Assembly (NCBI GenBank): GCA_963702845.1
Contig: OY969763.1
Span: forward strand, 4,960,001 to 5,024,000
Direction of reading: 5' to 3'
Source of the DNA: an uncultured Verrucomicrobiae bacterium
Lineage (GTDB): Bacteria; Verrucomicrobiota; Verrucomicrobiia; Limisphaerales; Palsa-1400
Length of the DNA stretch: 64,000 bases
Both the position numbers and the translations under genes were made by a program. The notes below the pieces were generated by a model. The model worked only from the letters and a program-made list of their open reading frames with translations, searched no databases and was not told where the DNA came from. This document shows positions 1-11,654 of this stretch, piece after piece. Within the stretch, counting starts at the first letter, position 1. Every line of letters begins with the position of its first letter.

Positions 1-30
1 TAGCATCGTTTTAAAAAAGGGAAAAAACTA

Positions 31-226
31 CCGCGACTGGGTGTGACTGAGTGCGACTGGGCGCGACCAGGCGCGACAAATCCAGCTTCAGTCGCACCCC
101 AGTCACACCACCGTCGCAGCTGGTCGCACCAATTACTTGCGCCAAAAAAAGAGGGGACAAAGTTACTGCTAAACGGTGCGAAAAATCGGGAAGTTTTAGC
201 ACCGATTTCGCACCCATTTCGCAGTA
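31..226. repeat. Inverted arrays of ~10-bp tandem repeats (GYGCGACYRG-type, then GGTGCGAAAT-type)
   Basis: 31-80 reads ccgcgactgg/gtgtgactga/gtgcgactgg/gcgcgaccag/gcgcgacaaa in exact 10-bp register. 88-130 carries about four reverse-complement units. A second inverted set lies at ~164-226. Confidence 0.85.
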
Positions 227-391
227 GTGCTGTCCCGGCGGGATTCATGGCCGCGGAGCGAGTTTTATTGTTATTGATCATCGAAATATTCATTGCACCA
301 CGTTACGAGACCAGCCAAAAAAAGTCTTCTTAGTGAATGGCGCTTTTTATTAAGAAAGGGATGGGACCATGAATTACGGATTGCAGATTAC

Positions 392-426
392 AAAAACAAA
401 AAAGCCGGCGATTGCTCGCCGGCTTT
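392..426 (-). terminator. Rho-independent terminator of the tol-pal operon
   Basis: 11-bp stem aaagccggcga/tcgccggcttt with a 4-nt loop, followed by a T-tract on the minus strand, just after the pal stop. Confidence 0.85.
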
Positions 427-442
427 GCGGGAAAGAACAGGA

Positions 443-1051
443 CTATTGTTTGGGAACCAAGAGCACCATTTCGACGCGGCGGTTCTTTGAGTAAGCGGCG
501 GCGTTGCGCTCAGGGTCAATGGGCTTGGCTTTGCCGTAGCTGACGGTCTTCATCCGTTGTGGGTCAACGCCAATGCCTGCGAGATATTCACGAACGGCCA
601 AGGCGCGTTTGTCGCCGAGGGAGAGGTTGTATTGCTCGGTTCCGCGTTCGTCGGCATTACCTTCAATTACCAACGCTTCTTTCGATTGGTTGTTCTTGAA
701 GTAGTTGGCGACTTCGTCGAGCTTCGAAAGGTCTGCCTTTTTAATGACGGCACTGTCGGTGTCGAAGTGAACGATGTCAGCCGCAAACTTCGAACGATCT
801 TCATCATGTGGGCCATTGAACGTTGCACCGTAGACGCCGGTGTCTGTGCCACTTAAAGAGACACCTTCAGGATTGTCCGAGCGGTTTTTTGGAGATGTCA
901 GAACGCCACCGTTTTCAAGTCCGTTGCCTGGGCCTACGGCGGCTGGACGATTATTTGGAATGTCGGTGAGCCCGACTGGCTTCTTGTGACAGCCGGTGAA
1001 GCTGATGATGGCTGCCACTCCGATGATCAGTATTAACGTAATTTTTTTCAT
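443..1051 (-). CDS. pal: Peptidoglycan-associated lipoprotein (OmpA-like domain)
   Basis: Start moved to MKKITLIL at 1051; lipobox FTGC; OmpA-C motifs IEGNADERGTEQYNLSLGDKRA and NRRVE; last gene of the tol cluster. Confidence 0.92.
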   Translation of the reverse strand: MKKITLILIIGVAAIISFTGCHKKPVGLTDIPNNRPAAVGPGNGLENGGVLTSPKNRSDNPEGVSLSGTDTGVYGATFNGPHDEDRSKFAADIVHFDTDSAVIKKADLSKLDEVANYFKNNQSKEALVIEGNADERGTEQYNLSLGDKRALAVREYLAGIGVDPQRMKTVSYGKAKPIDPERNAAAYSKNRRVEMVLLVPKQ

Positions 1052-1080
1052 TTTTGCGTATGGTCGCAGAAGATTGGTCG

Positions 1081-2229
1081 TTACCTGGCCCAAGCAGGTT
1101 GCGAACATTCCCCTGAATTTTGAGTGCAATCCTTGACGTGTTTAGTAGGCACGTCAAGTAAAGAGAGGACGTGTTTATGGTTTATGTCCCGTGTGAAGAT
1201 GACCGTGCGGGAATTGGGCGCCCAACAAGGATCCTCACCAGATACGAGTGCTTTTGCTTCACCTCCAGTACTCGGCGCTACACAGATGGAGAACGGGCCG
1301 GAACCGCAGGTAAATACAATAAATCGCCCATCCGGAGACCAATTAGGTTGGGTCAAGTTGCCGTAGATTTCGCCGCCGCCAACACGCAATTTTTGCGGGC
1401 TGCCGCCGTTGATGTTGACTTTGGTCAAAGTGGCGCGGCCGGAACGGGTCGCGAAAACGAGTTCGCGGTTATTCGGAGCCCACGAGGGACCCGAAACGTC
1501 GTCCTTGCCAAACGTGAGTTGTTTCAAGTTACCGCCGTCGATATCAGCGACGTAAAGATTTGGTGTTCCGTTCCTATCTAACACCATCGCGACTTTTTTA
1601 CCGTCGGGTGAAACAGCGGGACTGAAACTGGAACCGGGGCTGTGAATGAAAATGCGCCGAGAGCCGGTGTTGAGGTCGTGTTCGAAAATTTGCGTCCCGC
1701 TATTTTTCCACGAGCAATAGAGCAGCGCGAATTTCCCAGGGAGCCACTCTGGATAGGCAACGAGGCTGTTGTCATGGGTCACGAGAGTTGCGTTGTGGCC
1801 ATCGAAGTCGGCCACGCCAATTTCAGCGTTGCCGCCCTGTTGAACACGATACGCAATCCTGCTGTGGAAAATTGAAGCCGATTCAGGCCGAATCTGCTTA
1901 ACGACGTCAGCAGCCAACGCATGCGCTTGCGAGCGGGTGCTGCCGCCGTTGTAGGCGCGGCCGAAGAGATTTCTTCCAGCCTGCGCAAGACGGCCTTCGA
2001 CGTGGCCGTTGTTGCTGCCGGAAAGTTGATACTGCGCTTCGGCTGGAGAGGCGATCGCGAAACCAGAAACGAAGAGGTCGAATTTCAAAACGGAATCAGC
2101 TTCACCGCTGAATCCGGAAATTGAAATTGGCACAGCCTGCTCGGCACCTTTTGTGATGTCGATGGTATCCTCAGCGAATGTCGCGTGGCATGCGACTATG
2201 CCCAACAAGAGAACAAATAACTTTTTCAT
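1081..2229 (-). CDS. tolB: TolB-like periplasmic beta-propeller protein
   Basis: Signal peptide; PD40 repeats (PAVSPDGKKVA, PSWAPN, PNWSPDG, PCWAPN); located between tolA and pal. Confidence 0.9.
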   Translation of the reverse strand: MKKLFVLLLGIVACHATFAEDTIDITKGAEQAVPISISGFSGEADSVLKFDLFVSGFAIASPAEAQYQLSGSNNGHVEGRLAQAGRNLFGRAYNGGSTRSQAHALAADVVKQIRPESASIFHSRIAYRVQQGGNAEIGVADFDGHNATLVTHDNSLVAYPEWLPGKFALLYCSWKNSGTQIFEHDLNTGSRRIFIHSPGSSFSPAVSPDGKKVAMVLDRNGTPNLYVADIDGGNLKQLTFGKDDVSGPSWAPNNRELVFATRSGRATLTKVNINGGSPQKLRVGGGEIYGNLTQPNWSPDGRFIVFTCGSGPFSICVAPSTGGEAKALVSGEDPCWAPNSRTVIFTRDINHKHVLSLLDVPTKHVKDCTQNSGECSQPAWAR

Positions 2230-3152
2230 CCTAAAGACTGTTTAGCTTTGACGTTAAATCGAATTCTGAAACTGCGTTGCTCATCGGTTGCTCCCTCTGG
2301 GAATGACGGGAGTCTTGTCACGCTGTCCAACGCTCGTTGCACCGACTTGTTCAGCGCCGATTCAGAAGATTTTTTGACGATTTCCGCCGAAACGATCGAG
2401 CCATTGCGTGCGACAACCACCTTCACTTCAACAGAAGCAAGGTCGTTGTCGACTTGCTCAGGACAGGTCCACGCATTGTAGTAAGCACTAAATAGAGCGG
2501 TGCGATAATCGACAAACGCAGCGCCGCCACCCTGGCCGGGAAGATCAAACACCGTCGCTTTGGCCGTGCCTTTCGGAATCGAGCTGGCTAAACCCGAAAG
2601 AGCCTGGCCGATTTCGCGTGCCGTCCGGCGTTGAGCCGCGGCTTGGGCGCGCGCATCGGCCTCTTCATCAGTTGTGCTGCGGGTTTGATGGTGGGTCGTT
2701 TTTACTTTGGTCGGGGTGCTTATATCGACCTTGATGTCGTTTGCCGACCGCAGACGAGGCTTCCATGATTTCGGATTTACCGGTTCTGCAGTCTCCTTGT
2801 GAGCGGGCGTGATATCCGGCTCGACGGTGTGCTTGTGCTGTTTCGGCGGCGTTGGTTCAGAATGAGGCTGCGCCTTTTCAGGCTCGGGTTGCGGCTTTTC
2901 AGGCTGCGGCTGAGCAGCAGGTTCCGGTGGTTTCGCGGCGGGCGTCTGCGCCTTAACTACAGTCGGCGTCGCATTTGGGTTTCCGGCCATTAGACCCGGT
3001 TTATCCGTCGTCTGCAGCGCAAGCCAGGTAATCGGTACGATCGCCTGCCTCGGAGGTTCGCCTTGGAATGCGGCGGTCGCAATGAACGTCACGACCAATA
3101 AGCCGTGCAATCCAGCAGCTCCAACCAGGCACTTTGTTTCGAATCGCGTCAT
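2226..3152 (-). CDS. tolA: TolA/TonB-family energy transducer
   Basis: N-terminal TM helix with His (GLHGLL), Pro/Lys/Glu-rich linker, TonB/TolA C-terminal domain. Confidence 0.8.
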   Translation of the reverse strand: MTRFETKCLVGAAGLHGLLVVTFIATAAFQGEPPRQAIVPITWLALQTTDKPGLMAGNPNATPTVVKAQTPAAKPPEPAAQPQPEKPQPEPEKAQPHSEPTPPKQHKHTVEPDITPAHKETAEPVNPKSWKPRLRSANDIKVDISTPTKVKTTHHQTRSTTDEEADARAQAAAQRRTAREIGQALSGLASSIPKGTAKATVFDLPGQGGGAAFVDYRTALFSAYYNAWTCPEQVDNDLASVEVKVVVARNGSIVSAEIVKKSSESALNKSVQRALDSVTRLPSFPEGATDEQRSFRIRFNVKAKQSLG

Positions 3153-3571
3153 TTGTGCTCCGCCGTGGCTGTGTGCGGTGAGACTTGCGTGATGTTATGG
3201 CGCATGCACGCGTCGATCACCGCGATGACGTTTTTCCATTCGGTGCGCGCGTCGGCGCGCAAGTCGACGATCAATTTGGGATTATTACGAAACGTATTTA
3301 CGAGTTCTGTTTCGAGCTGGCCAGCCGTCAACCGGTGACCCTGCATCCAATACTGACCAGACGGCGTAATCTCTATGATGCGGATATTGTTGCGGTCGAT
3401 ATTGCGCGTGTCGGTTTTGCCACCGGCGGGAAGCTGCATGTCGACCGTCTGCTCCAGCAATGGGCGTGTGATGACGAAAATAATGAGGAGCACGAACGCA
3501 AGGTCGAGCAGCGGGGTGATGTTGATTTCGTTCAACGTCACCAGCGAATTGCGTTGTGAAAAGCGGCGCAC
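3149..3571 (-). CDS. tolR: TolR/ExbD family protein
   Basis: EINITPLLDLAFVLLIIF motif; LRADART. Confidence 0.88.
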   Translation of the reverse strand: MRRFSQRNSLVTLNEINITPLLDLAFVLLIIFVITRPLLEQTVDMQLPAGGKTDTRNIDRNNIRIIEITPSGQYWMQGHRLTAGQLETELVNTFRNNPKLIVDLRADARTEWKNVIAVIDACMRHNITQVSPHTATAEHK

Positions 3572-3579
3572 GGCTAGTA

Positions 3580-3665
3580 GGTCGAGGGTCGAGGGTCGAA
3601 GGTCGAAGGCCAGGAACTCCGGTTGTTCGCCGGCTTTCGGCTTTCGGCTTTCGGCTTTCGGCTCA
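3580..3665. repeat. Two heptamer tandem arrays, (GGTCGAR)x4 and (CGGCTTT)x4-5, in the tolQ-tolR spacer
   Basis: Read directly at 3580-3607 and 3631-3665. Confidence 0.9.
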
Positions 3666-3666
3666 T

Positions 3667-4380
3667 TTAATCCCTCAAATATTCCGTCTCCATTTTGGAA
3701 ACGAGTTCTTGCGCAAAATTGTCCAGCTCGACCGTCCGGACGCGCAAGTTATGCACCAAATAGTTGTAGCCAAACATCGACGGGATCGCGACGAGCAAAC
3801 CTGCGACCGTCGTCACAAGCGCGGCGGACACACCGGGCGCCATCGTGGGCAAATCAGCGCGGCCCATTTTGCCGACGGCCGCGAACGTGTCCATGACGCC
3901 CCAAACGGTTCCCAACAAACCGAGGAACGGCGCACCGCTGACAGCGATGGCCAATAAAATGAGGCCGGATTCCAACTTGAGCGATTCGCGCGCGACGGCT
4001 CCTTCGATCGTGCGCTTGATGTGCTCCATCGACTTAAGCGTGATATACTTATCTCGGCCTTCGGTACCACCTTCGCCTTTGATTTTCAGGCGCATGTCCA
4101 GTTCGATACAGGCTTCGTTGTACACGGCGAACATGGGGCAACCATCCACTTGTAGGCGGCGGTCAAAAATTCCGAGCACATTTTTTTGCCCACGAAATTC
4201 CTTTTCGAAAAACAGGTTCAGTTTTCGCGCACGACGCATCTGCACGATCTTCGCAATCATCGTTCCCCACACGAAGATCGAAGCGACCGCCAAGATAATA
4301 ATGATCACTTTGGCTTCGGCCGTAGCCCGAAACCAAATGAACTGTAATTGTGTTTCCGCGAATAGTACGGGAACGTTCAT
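3667..4380 (-). CDS. tolQ: TolQ/ExbB/MotA proton channel
   Basis: APFLGLLGTVWGVM and ALVTTVAGLLVAIP motifs. Confidence 0.9.
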   Translation of the reverse strand: MNVPVLFAETQLQFIWFRATAEAKVIIIILAVASIFVWGTMIAKIVQMRRARKLNLFFEKEFRGQKNVLGIFDRRLQVDGCPMFAVYNEACIELDMRLKIKGEGGTEGRDKYITLKSMEHIKRTIEGAVARESLKLESGLILLAIAVSGAPFLGLLGTVWGVMDTFAAVGKMGRADLPTMAPGVSAALVTTVAGLLVAIPSMFGYNYLVHNLRVRTVELDNFAQELVSKMETEYLRD

Positions 4381-4591
4381 TGGTAAAACTTCTCAGCAAA
4401 AACTGCCGAGACTCCTTTCGGTCTCACGTGGAGGAATGTAATGGCTAAACTTATTACACGTTTGAACCGCATTTAACTGCCATTTAATCGGATTAAAAGC
4501 TCTAACGAAAAAGTTCGCAACAATATTCGCAAAATTTTGTGAAAAAGTGTGTGTTTGGTGGGTTTATTGGTTGGCTTTCCGACCACCCACA

Positions 4592-7500
4592 TTATTGAAA
4601 CGTCACACGCGGTCGGATGAATTTCTGCGTTCCGGGAGTGATCGCCGGCTTGAGTCTGACGGTCACCGTCTCGGTCAAGTTGTCGGGATTCGGAACCGCG
4701 CTGATTTGTTCAATTTGGGCAGGCGAATTGGTCCATCCAGAAAAATCGTCCGTCCAGTCCACCGTATAAGTCAGATCCAGCGCGCCGGGCCTTCGCGGAT
4801 AACTGCAGGTCAGGTAGAGCTGGCCATCGGCTGAATTGGTCTGGACGCTGAACTGAAACGGCTCGGGCGCGTCGCCCACTGGATCGGTATCGAAACCGTA
4901 TTCGAGAAGGTTTGGCCTGCCGTTGTGGTTTGGGTCGGCAAACGGCGCATTATCGCCAGCAATCGAATTGGGATCAAGTCCATGGGCCGCTTTCCAATCG
5001 TCCGGCAAACCAGTTCCAAACACATCCGGCTGTCGCGTGACCGTTTGCGAAATAGTCGTCTGATTTCCTCCGGTGGCGGCGTTGTCGGTGGCAACAATTG
5101 TCATCTGATTTGTGCCAACAGACAGCGGCAGGTTGAAGCTCCAGTGCGCAAACCCATCGGTCGTGCTTGCCGCGCTGCCGTTGACGGTGACTGAACTAAG
5201 CCCAGAAACCGCATCGGAAGCTGTGCCCTGCAATAAAATGCTTGGGTGCGTCGTATAAGAATTCGTCAGTATCGGAGCAACGGTTAATAGTGGCGCAGCT
5301 GTATCTTGAGTGGAAAACACAACAGTGCTCCAGGCAGAGGTTACTGAAGAGGCGATCGAACGCGCGCGGTAGTAGTAAGTCCCCCCGTTCACCAGATTGC
5401 TAAACGTTGAGGAATTCGCCACGGATGCATGTGTCGCCAGAGGGACGGCGAAACTTGCCGTGGCGGCGAACTGCGATTCGTAAGAGGTTGCTCCGCTAAC
5501 GGCGTTCCACGAAACGGTATTGTTCGTTCCTTTGCTGAACGGTGGCAGCGCTGTCATCACCGGAACTGGCGGCAGCACAGACAGAATGACGGTCCGAGTT
5601 GTGTTTCCAACGCCATTGTTGGTGTTGGCGAAGGTTAATGTGTTGGTGTAGGCACCGGGCGACAAAGTGTTGGCTGCGGAATTGATGCTAACATTTACCG
5701 AAGTCGCAACTCCCGCCGCCAATGTCCCACCGGTCGGTGAAAGGGTGACCCATGAGGCGTTCCCGGTCACGGTCCAACCCATCGGCGATACGCCACTATT
5801 TGAAACTGTGAGCGAAGCAGCCGTGGGCGAAAACGGTCCGCCTACGAGCCCTGAGCTACTGAAACCAGTCGATAATACAGTCAGAGAGGGCGGGCCAGTT
5901 ATCGTCAACGTAACAGACCGGGACGCATTTCCATCGCCACTAGTGGTGTTGTTGAAGATGATCGTATCGGTGTTCGTGGACAGAGATAACGAGTTCGCGC
6001 TGGAGTTGACTGATACAGTACAGCTAGTGCTCGCTCCGGGAGCCAACGTTCCAGACGTTGGCGACAGCGTCAGCCATGCCACGGTTTTCGCGGCTGTCCA
6101 ATTGAGGCTGAAGTTGCCGGAATTGGTCAAAGTATAGATGAGGTTCGACGGCGAAAATGGACCGCCAACATAACCGTTTGGATTGTAAGCGCTGGAAGGA
6201 GTAATACCGAGCACTGCGGATTCATTGTCGCGAATGACGACGAAACCCACGCCGCCTTGGTAGCCGGTCGCAGATGCTGAAATCATCGCCATTTGGGAGC
6301 CGTTGAGTAAAGTGTCGTTCGCAACCGTGAGCGTGAAATTGGTCGAAGTTTGTCCCGCAGGAATAACAATCGTCGACGGAACACTCGCGCGCGCCATTAA
6401 GCTCGATTGCAAATTAACGGTTAAATCCGCAGCCGCAGCAAATGGCAAGGTAACGGTTCCTGTCAACGGCGCCGATCCCTCGGTTGCGCTTGCTGGCACA
6501 CTGACGGTGATCGGCTGAACATCAAACGAGACTGCGTCCGAAGCGTTGCCGTTGGCGACAACAACCAAAGAATACGTCCCCGCTGCAAGTCCGGTCGGCA
6601 GAACAAAATCAGTGCTGACGACGGCGTTACTCGTCATCACTCCGGTGCTGCTCCAATTAAAAGTGCGCGCGTAATACACGTTGCCCAAAGCATTCGTCAT
6701 TCGCACCAGTGGATAATTGCTATCCATTTGCCAGTCATCGCCGTAGGCCGCGCCTTCACAAATACCGTTGAGACCGGTGCCGGTCAGATGAAAAGTCGCG
6801 TTAGCATTCTGCGTTATACCAGCAATCGCTGGTTTTCCCGCCGGCAATGGAGAACCAACAGGAGTGTAAGTATAAAGTTGGCCGGCAAAGTGCGAGAAGA
6901 GCACGGTGCCGTCAGGCAAATCCAACATGGTAGTGTAATATGACGGATTGCCCTCAGTCGTGCCTGTGGGCGCATTGATCGAGGTGAATGTATTTGCCAC
7001 GTAATCAAATTCGTAAAAGCTCGTTGGCGACGGAAAATGATCCGCTGAAGTCGGCAGTGGAGAAACTGCGCAGAGGATTTTTCCATTCACCATCATAGCC
7101 GCAGCCGCATCAGGCGTGCCTTGCGCGTTTGGAATATCCGGGCCCACCGTCCACGTTCCTGGACTTGTCGTGCCCGAAGGCGTGTAATAAGCGGAGTGTC
7201 CCGTCGACCCAAGGTAGAACGCACGCCCGTCCGGCAAAAGAAACGCTGCGCCCAGTTCAGAACCGTAAGGATCATAAAGCGAAACCGGCACGATCCCGTC
7301 ATCCACCCACGTGTTCGAGGCTGGAATATAACGCTCCGAGTGAGTGCCGAACGGATCGATGGTCAAGATGCTGTTGTCCGGCAGTTTAACCCAGCTTGCT
7401 TCGTCCTGGTATGAGCCCCGAAAAAGTTTCGGGCCGCTAATCCATGAGTTGTTGGTGATGTCGAAAATAATAGTGTGACCGGATGAACTCGGCCCCACTG

Positions 7501-7963
7501 GTGACACCAGCACATTGCCATTGGCGATGACTTTTGAAACCGAATCGGAAAAAGATTGGTTCGCCACGGGTGTCATGTTCCAGGCGTTGACCAATGGATC
7601 ATAGACCTCGCCGGTTTTTGTGCCGCGACCATACTCGCCGCCTGCGACGAACACTCGACCGTCTCTTAGAACGTCCGATGAAAAATAAAGGCGGTCATCA
7701 TGCATGGACGTCAAAGTCGTCCATGTCCCGTTTACGTAGCTCCCATGGATGTCTGGCGTCAGCTTATACCAGGCTACCGCCGTGCCGGAATGTTGCGCCA
7801 TGACGGTTCCGTCCGGCAGCAAGAGCATCAGACCAACAGCGCCGGGGGCGGTGTGTGCCAGCGGCGTCCAGACTCCCGCGATGAGATTCGGTGAGAGACC
7901 AAAAAATCCAACGAGGGTTAACCTGCACGCGCAGGATGTTAATCTTCGAATCGCATCTCTCAC
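4592..7963 (-). CDS. Large secreted protein: Kelch-like beta-propeller, Ig/BACON-like repeats, FN3-like and C-terminal domain
   Basis: Signal peptide; Kelch motifs (DGRVFVAGGE, LLPDGRAFYLG); three repeats of type GGPFSP...WxTLSPTxGTLA; GLPDDWKAAHGLDPN near the C-terminus. Confidence 0.8.
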   Translation of the reverse strand: MRDAIRRLTSCACRLTLVGFFGLSPNLIAGVWTPLAHTAPGAVGLMLLLPDGTVMAQHSGTAVAWYKLTPDIHGSYVNGTWTTLTSMHDDRLYFSSDVLRDGRVFVAGGEYGRGTKTGEVYDPLVNAWNMTPVANQSFSDSVSKVIANGNVLVSPVGPSSSGHTIIFDITNNSWISGPKLFRGSYQDEASWVKLPDNSILTIDPFGTHSERYIPASNTWVDDGIVPVSLYDPYGSELGAAFLLPDGRAFYLGSTGHSAYYTPSGTTSPGTWTVGPDIPNAQGTPDAAAAMMVNGKILCAVSPLPTSADHFPSPTSFYEFDYVANTFTSINAPTGTTEGNPSYYTTMLDLPDGTVLFSHFAGQLYTYTPVGSPLPAGKPAIAGITQNANATFHLTGTGLNGICEGAAYGDDWQMDSNYPLVRMTNALGNVYYARTFNWSSTGVMTSNAVVSTDFVLPTGLAAGTYSLVVVANGNASDAVSFDVQPITVSVPASATEGSAPLTGTVTLPFAAAADLTVNLQSSLMARASVPSTIVIPAGQTSTNFTLTVANDTLLNGSQMAMISASATGYQGGVGFVVIRDNESAVLGITPSSAYNPNGYVGGPFSPSNLIYTLTNSGNFSLNWTAAKTVAWLTLSPTSGTLAPGASTSCTVSVNSSANSLSLSTNTDTIIFNNTTSGDGNASRSVTLTITGPPSLTVLSTGFSSSGLVGGPFSPTAASLTVSNSGVSPMGWTVTGNASWVTLSPTGGTLAAGVATSVNVSINSAANTLSPGAYTNTLTFANTNNGVGNTTRTVILSVLPPVPVMTALPPFSKGTNNTVSWNAVSGATSYESQFAATASFAVPLATHASVANSSTFSNLVNGGTYYYRARSIASSVTSAWSTVVFSTQDTAAPLLTVAPILTNSYTTHPSILLQGTASDAVSGLSSVTVNGSAASTTDGFAHWSFNLPLSVGTNQMTIVATDNAATGGNQTTISQTVTRQPDVFGTGLPDDWKAAHGLDPNSIAGDNAPFADPNHNGRPNLLEYGFDTDPVGDAPEPFQFSVQTNSADGQLYLTCSYPRRPGALDLTYTVDWTDDFSGWTNSPAQIEQISAVPNPDNLTETVTVRLKPAITPGTQKFIRPRVTFQ

Positions 7964-8040
7964 GTTGCCTTTATTTGATTCCTGCGTGTTCCCGGTTCCA
8001 AAAATAATGACACGCTCGTTCCGAGTCGTGTCTCATGATA

Positions 8041-9381
<1,341 letters not shown>

Positions 9382-9525
9382 CACTCGATACTTGGGCGTT
9401 TTCCTCAATGAATCAAGCCTCTTACTGCAAGGGTTTAGAGCCGAAGTTAGACACGAAGATTTCGGCTTTAAGTTGAAACGGCAATATCTTGCATTTGTGA
9501 CAGAAGTACTGTGTTCTTATGCCCG

Positions 9526-10572
9526 ATGAAGGTTGACGTACAGACGTGCCAACTTCGGTTGAAGCACGAATGGACCATTGCGAGCGGCTCAAAGGTCGGT
9601 GGCGGCTCTATGACCACGGACACAATCGTGGTGCGTTTGACGGACGGCTCACTGGCCGGCCTGGGCGAAGCCGCGCCTACGAAACGCTATAATCAACCGA
9701 CCGATCTATCGCTGGCATTTCTCAAGTGCGTTGATGGCTCTAGGCTTTCCTTCGACAACGTTCCCGCCAGCATGGCCTATCTCGAAACTCTTTCACCGCA
9801 TCATCCTGCTGCGAAAGCCGCCCTTAACGTCGCTTTGCTGGACGGCGCTGCGCGCAAAGCCGGTAAAGCAATTTACGATTTGCTCGGCCTTGGATTCAAC
9901 GAAGGTAAGCACCTCACTTCCTACAGCATCGGCATTGATACTCCGGCGATGATTGCCAAAAAGGTGCAGGAAGCAGCAGCGTTTCCGATTTTGAAATTAA
10001 AGGTCGGCGCGCCGGGCGATCGCGAAAATTTCAAAGCGTTACGCGATGCGGCTCCGACGAAAACGGTGCGTATTGACGGGAACGAAGGCTGGACGACTAA
10101 GGAAGAAGCTCTGCGCAATATCGAATGGTTCGCGCAGGACAAGAACGTCGAATACGTCGAACAACCGATGCCCGATACAACGCCCGCAAAAGAAATGGCG
10201 TGGCTGAAGGCGCGTTCGCCTCTACCGATTTACGGTGATGAATCGTATCACACGGCCAAAGACATTGATCTGTGCGCGGAATGTTTTCACGGCGTGAACG
10301 TGAAGCTGGTGAAAACCGCCGGCATCACAGGCGCATACGAAGCGTTGAAGGCTGCTCGCAAAGTCGGCCTGAAGACGATGATCGGGTGCATGATCGAATC
10401 GAGCATCTTGATTACGGCTGCAGCGCACCTCGCTGAACTTGCAGACAACCTTGATATCGACGGCAACATTTTGATCGCGAACGATCCGTTTATCGGCGCT
10501 ACTTCCGAAAGTGGCGTGATTTCATTTGCGAAGACGCCAGAGAAGTTGGGCCTGCGCGTTTGCCCCCGCTAA
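9526..10572 (+). CDS. L-Ala-D/L-Glu dipeptide epimerase (enolase superfamily)
   Basis: KLKVG, IDGNEGW, EQP, GDES, GCMIES and DIDG motifs. Confidence 0.88.
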   Translation: MKVDVQTCQLRLKHEWTIASGSKVGGGSMTTDTIVVRLTDGSLAGLGEAAPTKRYNQPTDLSLAFLKCVDGSRLSFDNVPASMAYLETLSPHHPAAKAALNVALLDGAARKAGKAIYDLLGLGFNEGKHLTSYSIGIDTPAMIAKKVQEAAAFPILKLKVGAPGDRENFKALRDAAPTKTVRIDGNEGWTTKEEALRNIEWFAQDKNVEYVEQPMPDTTPAKEMAWLKARSPLPIYGDESYHTAKDIDLCAECFHGVNVKLVKTAGITGAYEALKAARKVGLKTMIGCMIESSILITAAAHLAELADNLDIDGNILIANDPFIGATSESGVISFAKTPEKLGLRVCPR

Positions 10573-10611
10573 TTTCGTAACCCTGCTCACATCAGCGGCT
10601 ACATTATTCGC

Positions 10612-11610
10612 CTAGATATTCCCCGCCGTTGCCAAGCCGTTCAATTCGGCTCGTCGCGCGAAGGCACTTTGTGCGTTGTTGATATTTTCGGGTTTTCCCA
10701 TCCATGCGTGCATCGGCGCATCCTGCAACGCCCGGCCGTAGGAAAAACTCAAACGCCACGGAACTTCACCAATTTTGTTCATGGCATCGAGATGTTTGGT
10801 GGCAGCTTCAGATGTTTGCCCGCCGGAAAGAAACACGATGCCCGGAACTGCTGACGGCACGGTGTTGCGCAGGCAGCGCAAGGTCAACTCCGCGACCTCT
10901 TGCACCGGCGCATCGGCCGCGTCTTCACCGGCGGTGACCATACTTGGCTTGAGCAAAATTCCTTCGAGCTGAACGCGGTGGTCCCGCAACTCACGAAACA
11001 CTTCATTCAACACGCGAACGGTCACGTCATAGCAACGGGCCGTGTCATGAGCGCCATCTCGCAACACTTCGGGTTCAACAATCGGCACAATCCCCGCCTC
11101 TTGTGCAAGAGCCGCGTAGCGTGCAAGTAAATGTGCGTTCGCACGAATACAGTAATCCGATGGCGTGCGGTCACTGATATTGAAAACGGCCCGCCACTTT
11201 GCAAAACGAGCGCCCAGTTGAGCATATTCGGCGAACCGCTTGCCCAAACCATCAAGGCCTTCGGTGATTTTTTCTCCCGGAAAGTTAACAAGCGCGTTCG
11301 TCCCTTTATCGACTTTGATCCCGGGAATAATTCCGTTCTGTGCGAGGAACTTCGGGAAAGGTGTCCCGCTCGAGTGTTTCTGCCGAATAGTTTCGTCGAA
11401 TAGGATGACACCGCTGACGTGCTTTGAGACGCCCGGTGTCGAAAAGAGCATGTCACGATAAGCGCGCCGGTTTTCTTCGGTGTCTGGAATGCCGAGCTTG
11501 TCGAAACGCTTTTTGATGGTCGGCTGACTTTCGTCCGCCGCGAGAATTCCTTTGCCGGGCGCAACCAGCGCCTGCGCCGTTTGGGTGAGTGTTTCGTTAA
11601 TTGGTGTCAT
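10612..11610 (-). CDS. Class I fructose-bisphosphate aldolase (glycolytic, eukaryote-like type)
   Basis: GKGILAADES, FAKWRAV, VPIVEPEVL, LLKPSMV, FLSGGQ and SFSYGRALQ motifs. Confidence 0.93.
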   Translation of the reverse strand: MTPINETLTQTAQALVAPGKGILAADESQPTIKKRFDKLGIPDTEENRRAYRDMLFSTPGVSKHVSGVILFDETIRQKHSSGTPFPKFLAQNGIIPGIKVDKGTNALVNFPGEKITEGLDGLGKRFAEYAQLGARFAKWRAVFNISDRTPSDYCIRANAHLLARYAALAQEAGIVPIVEPEVLRDGAHDTARCYDVTVRVLNEVFRELRDHRVQLEGILLKPSMVTAGEDAADAPVQEVAELTLRCLRNTVPSAVPGIVFLSGGQTSEAATKHLDAMNKIGEVPWRLSFSYGRALQDAPMHAWMGKPENINNAQSAFARRAELNGLATAGNI

Positions 11611-11654
11611 GCCTTTTCCCCCTGACTTGAGCCGTTCACTTCGGCGGTTACCTA

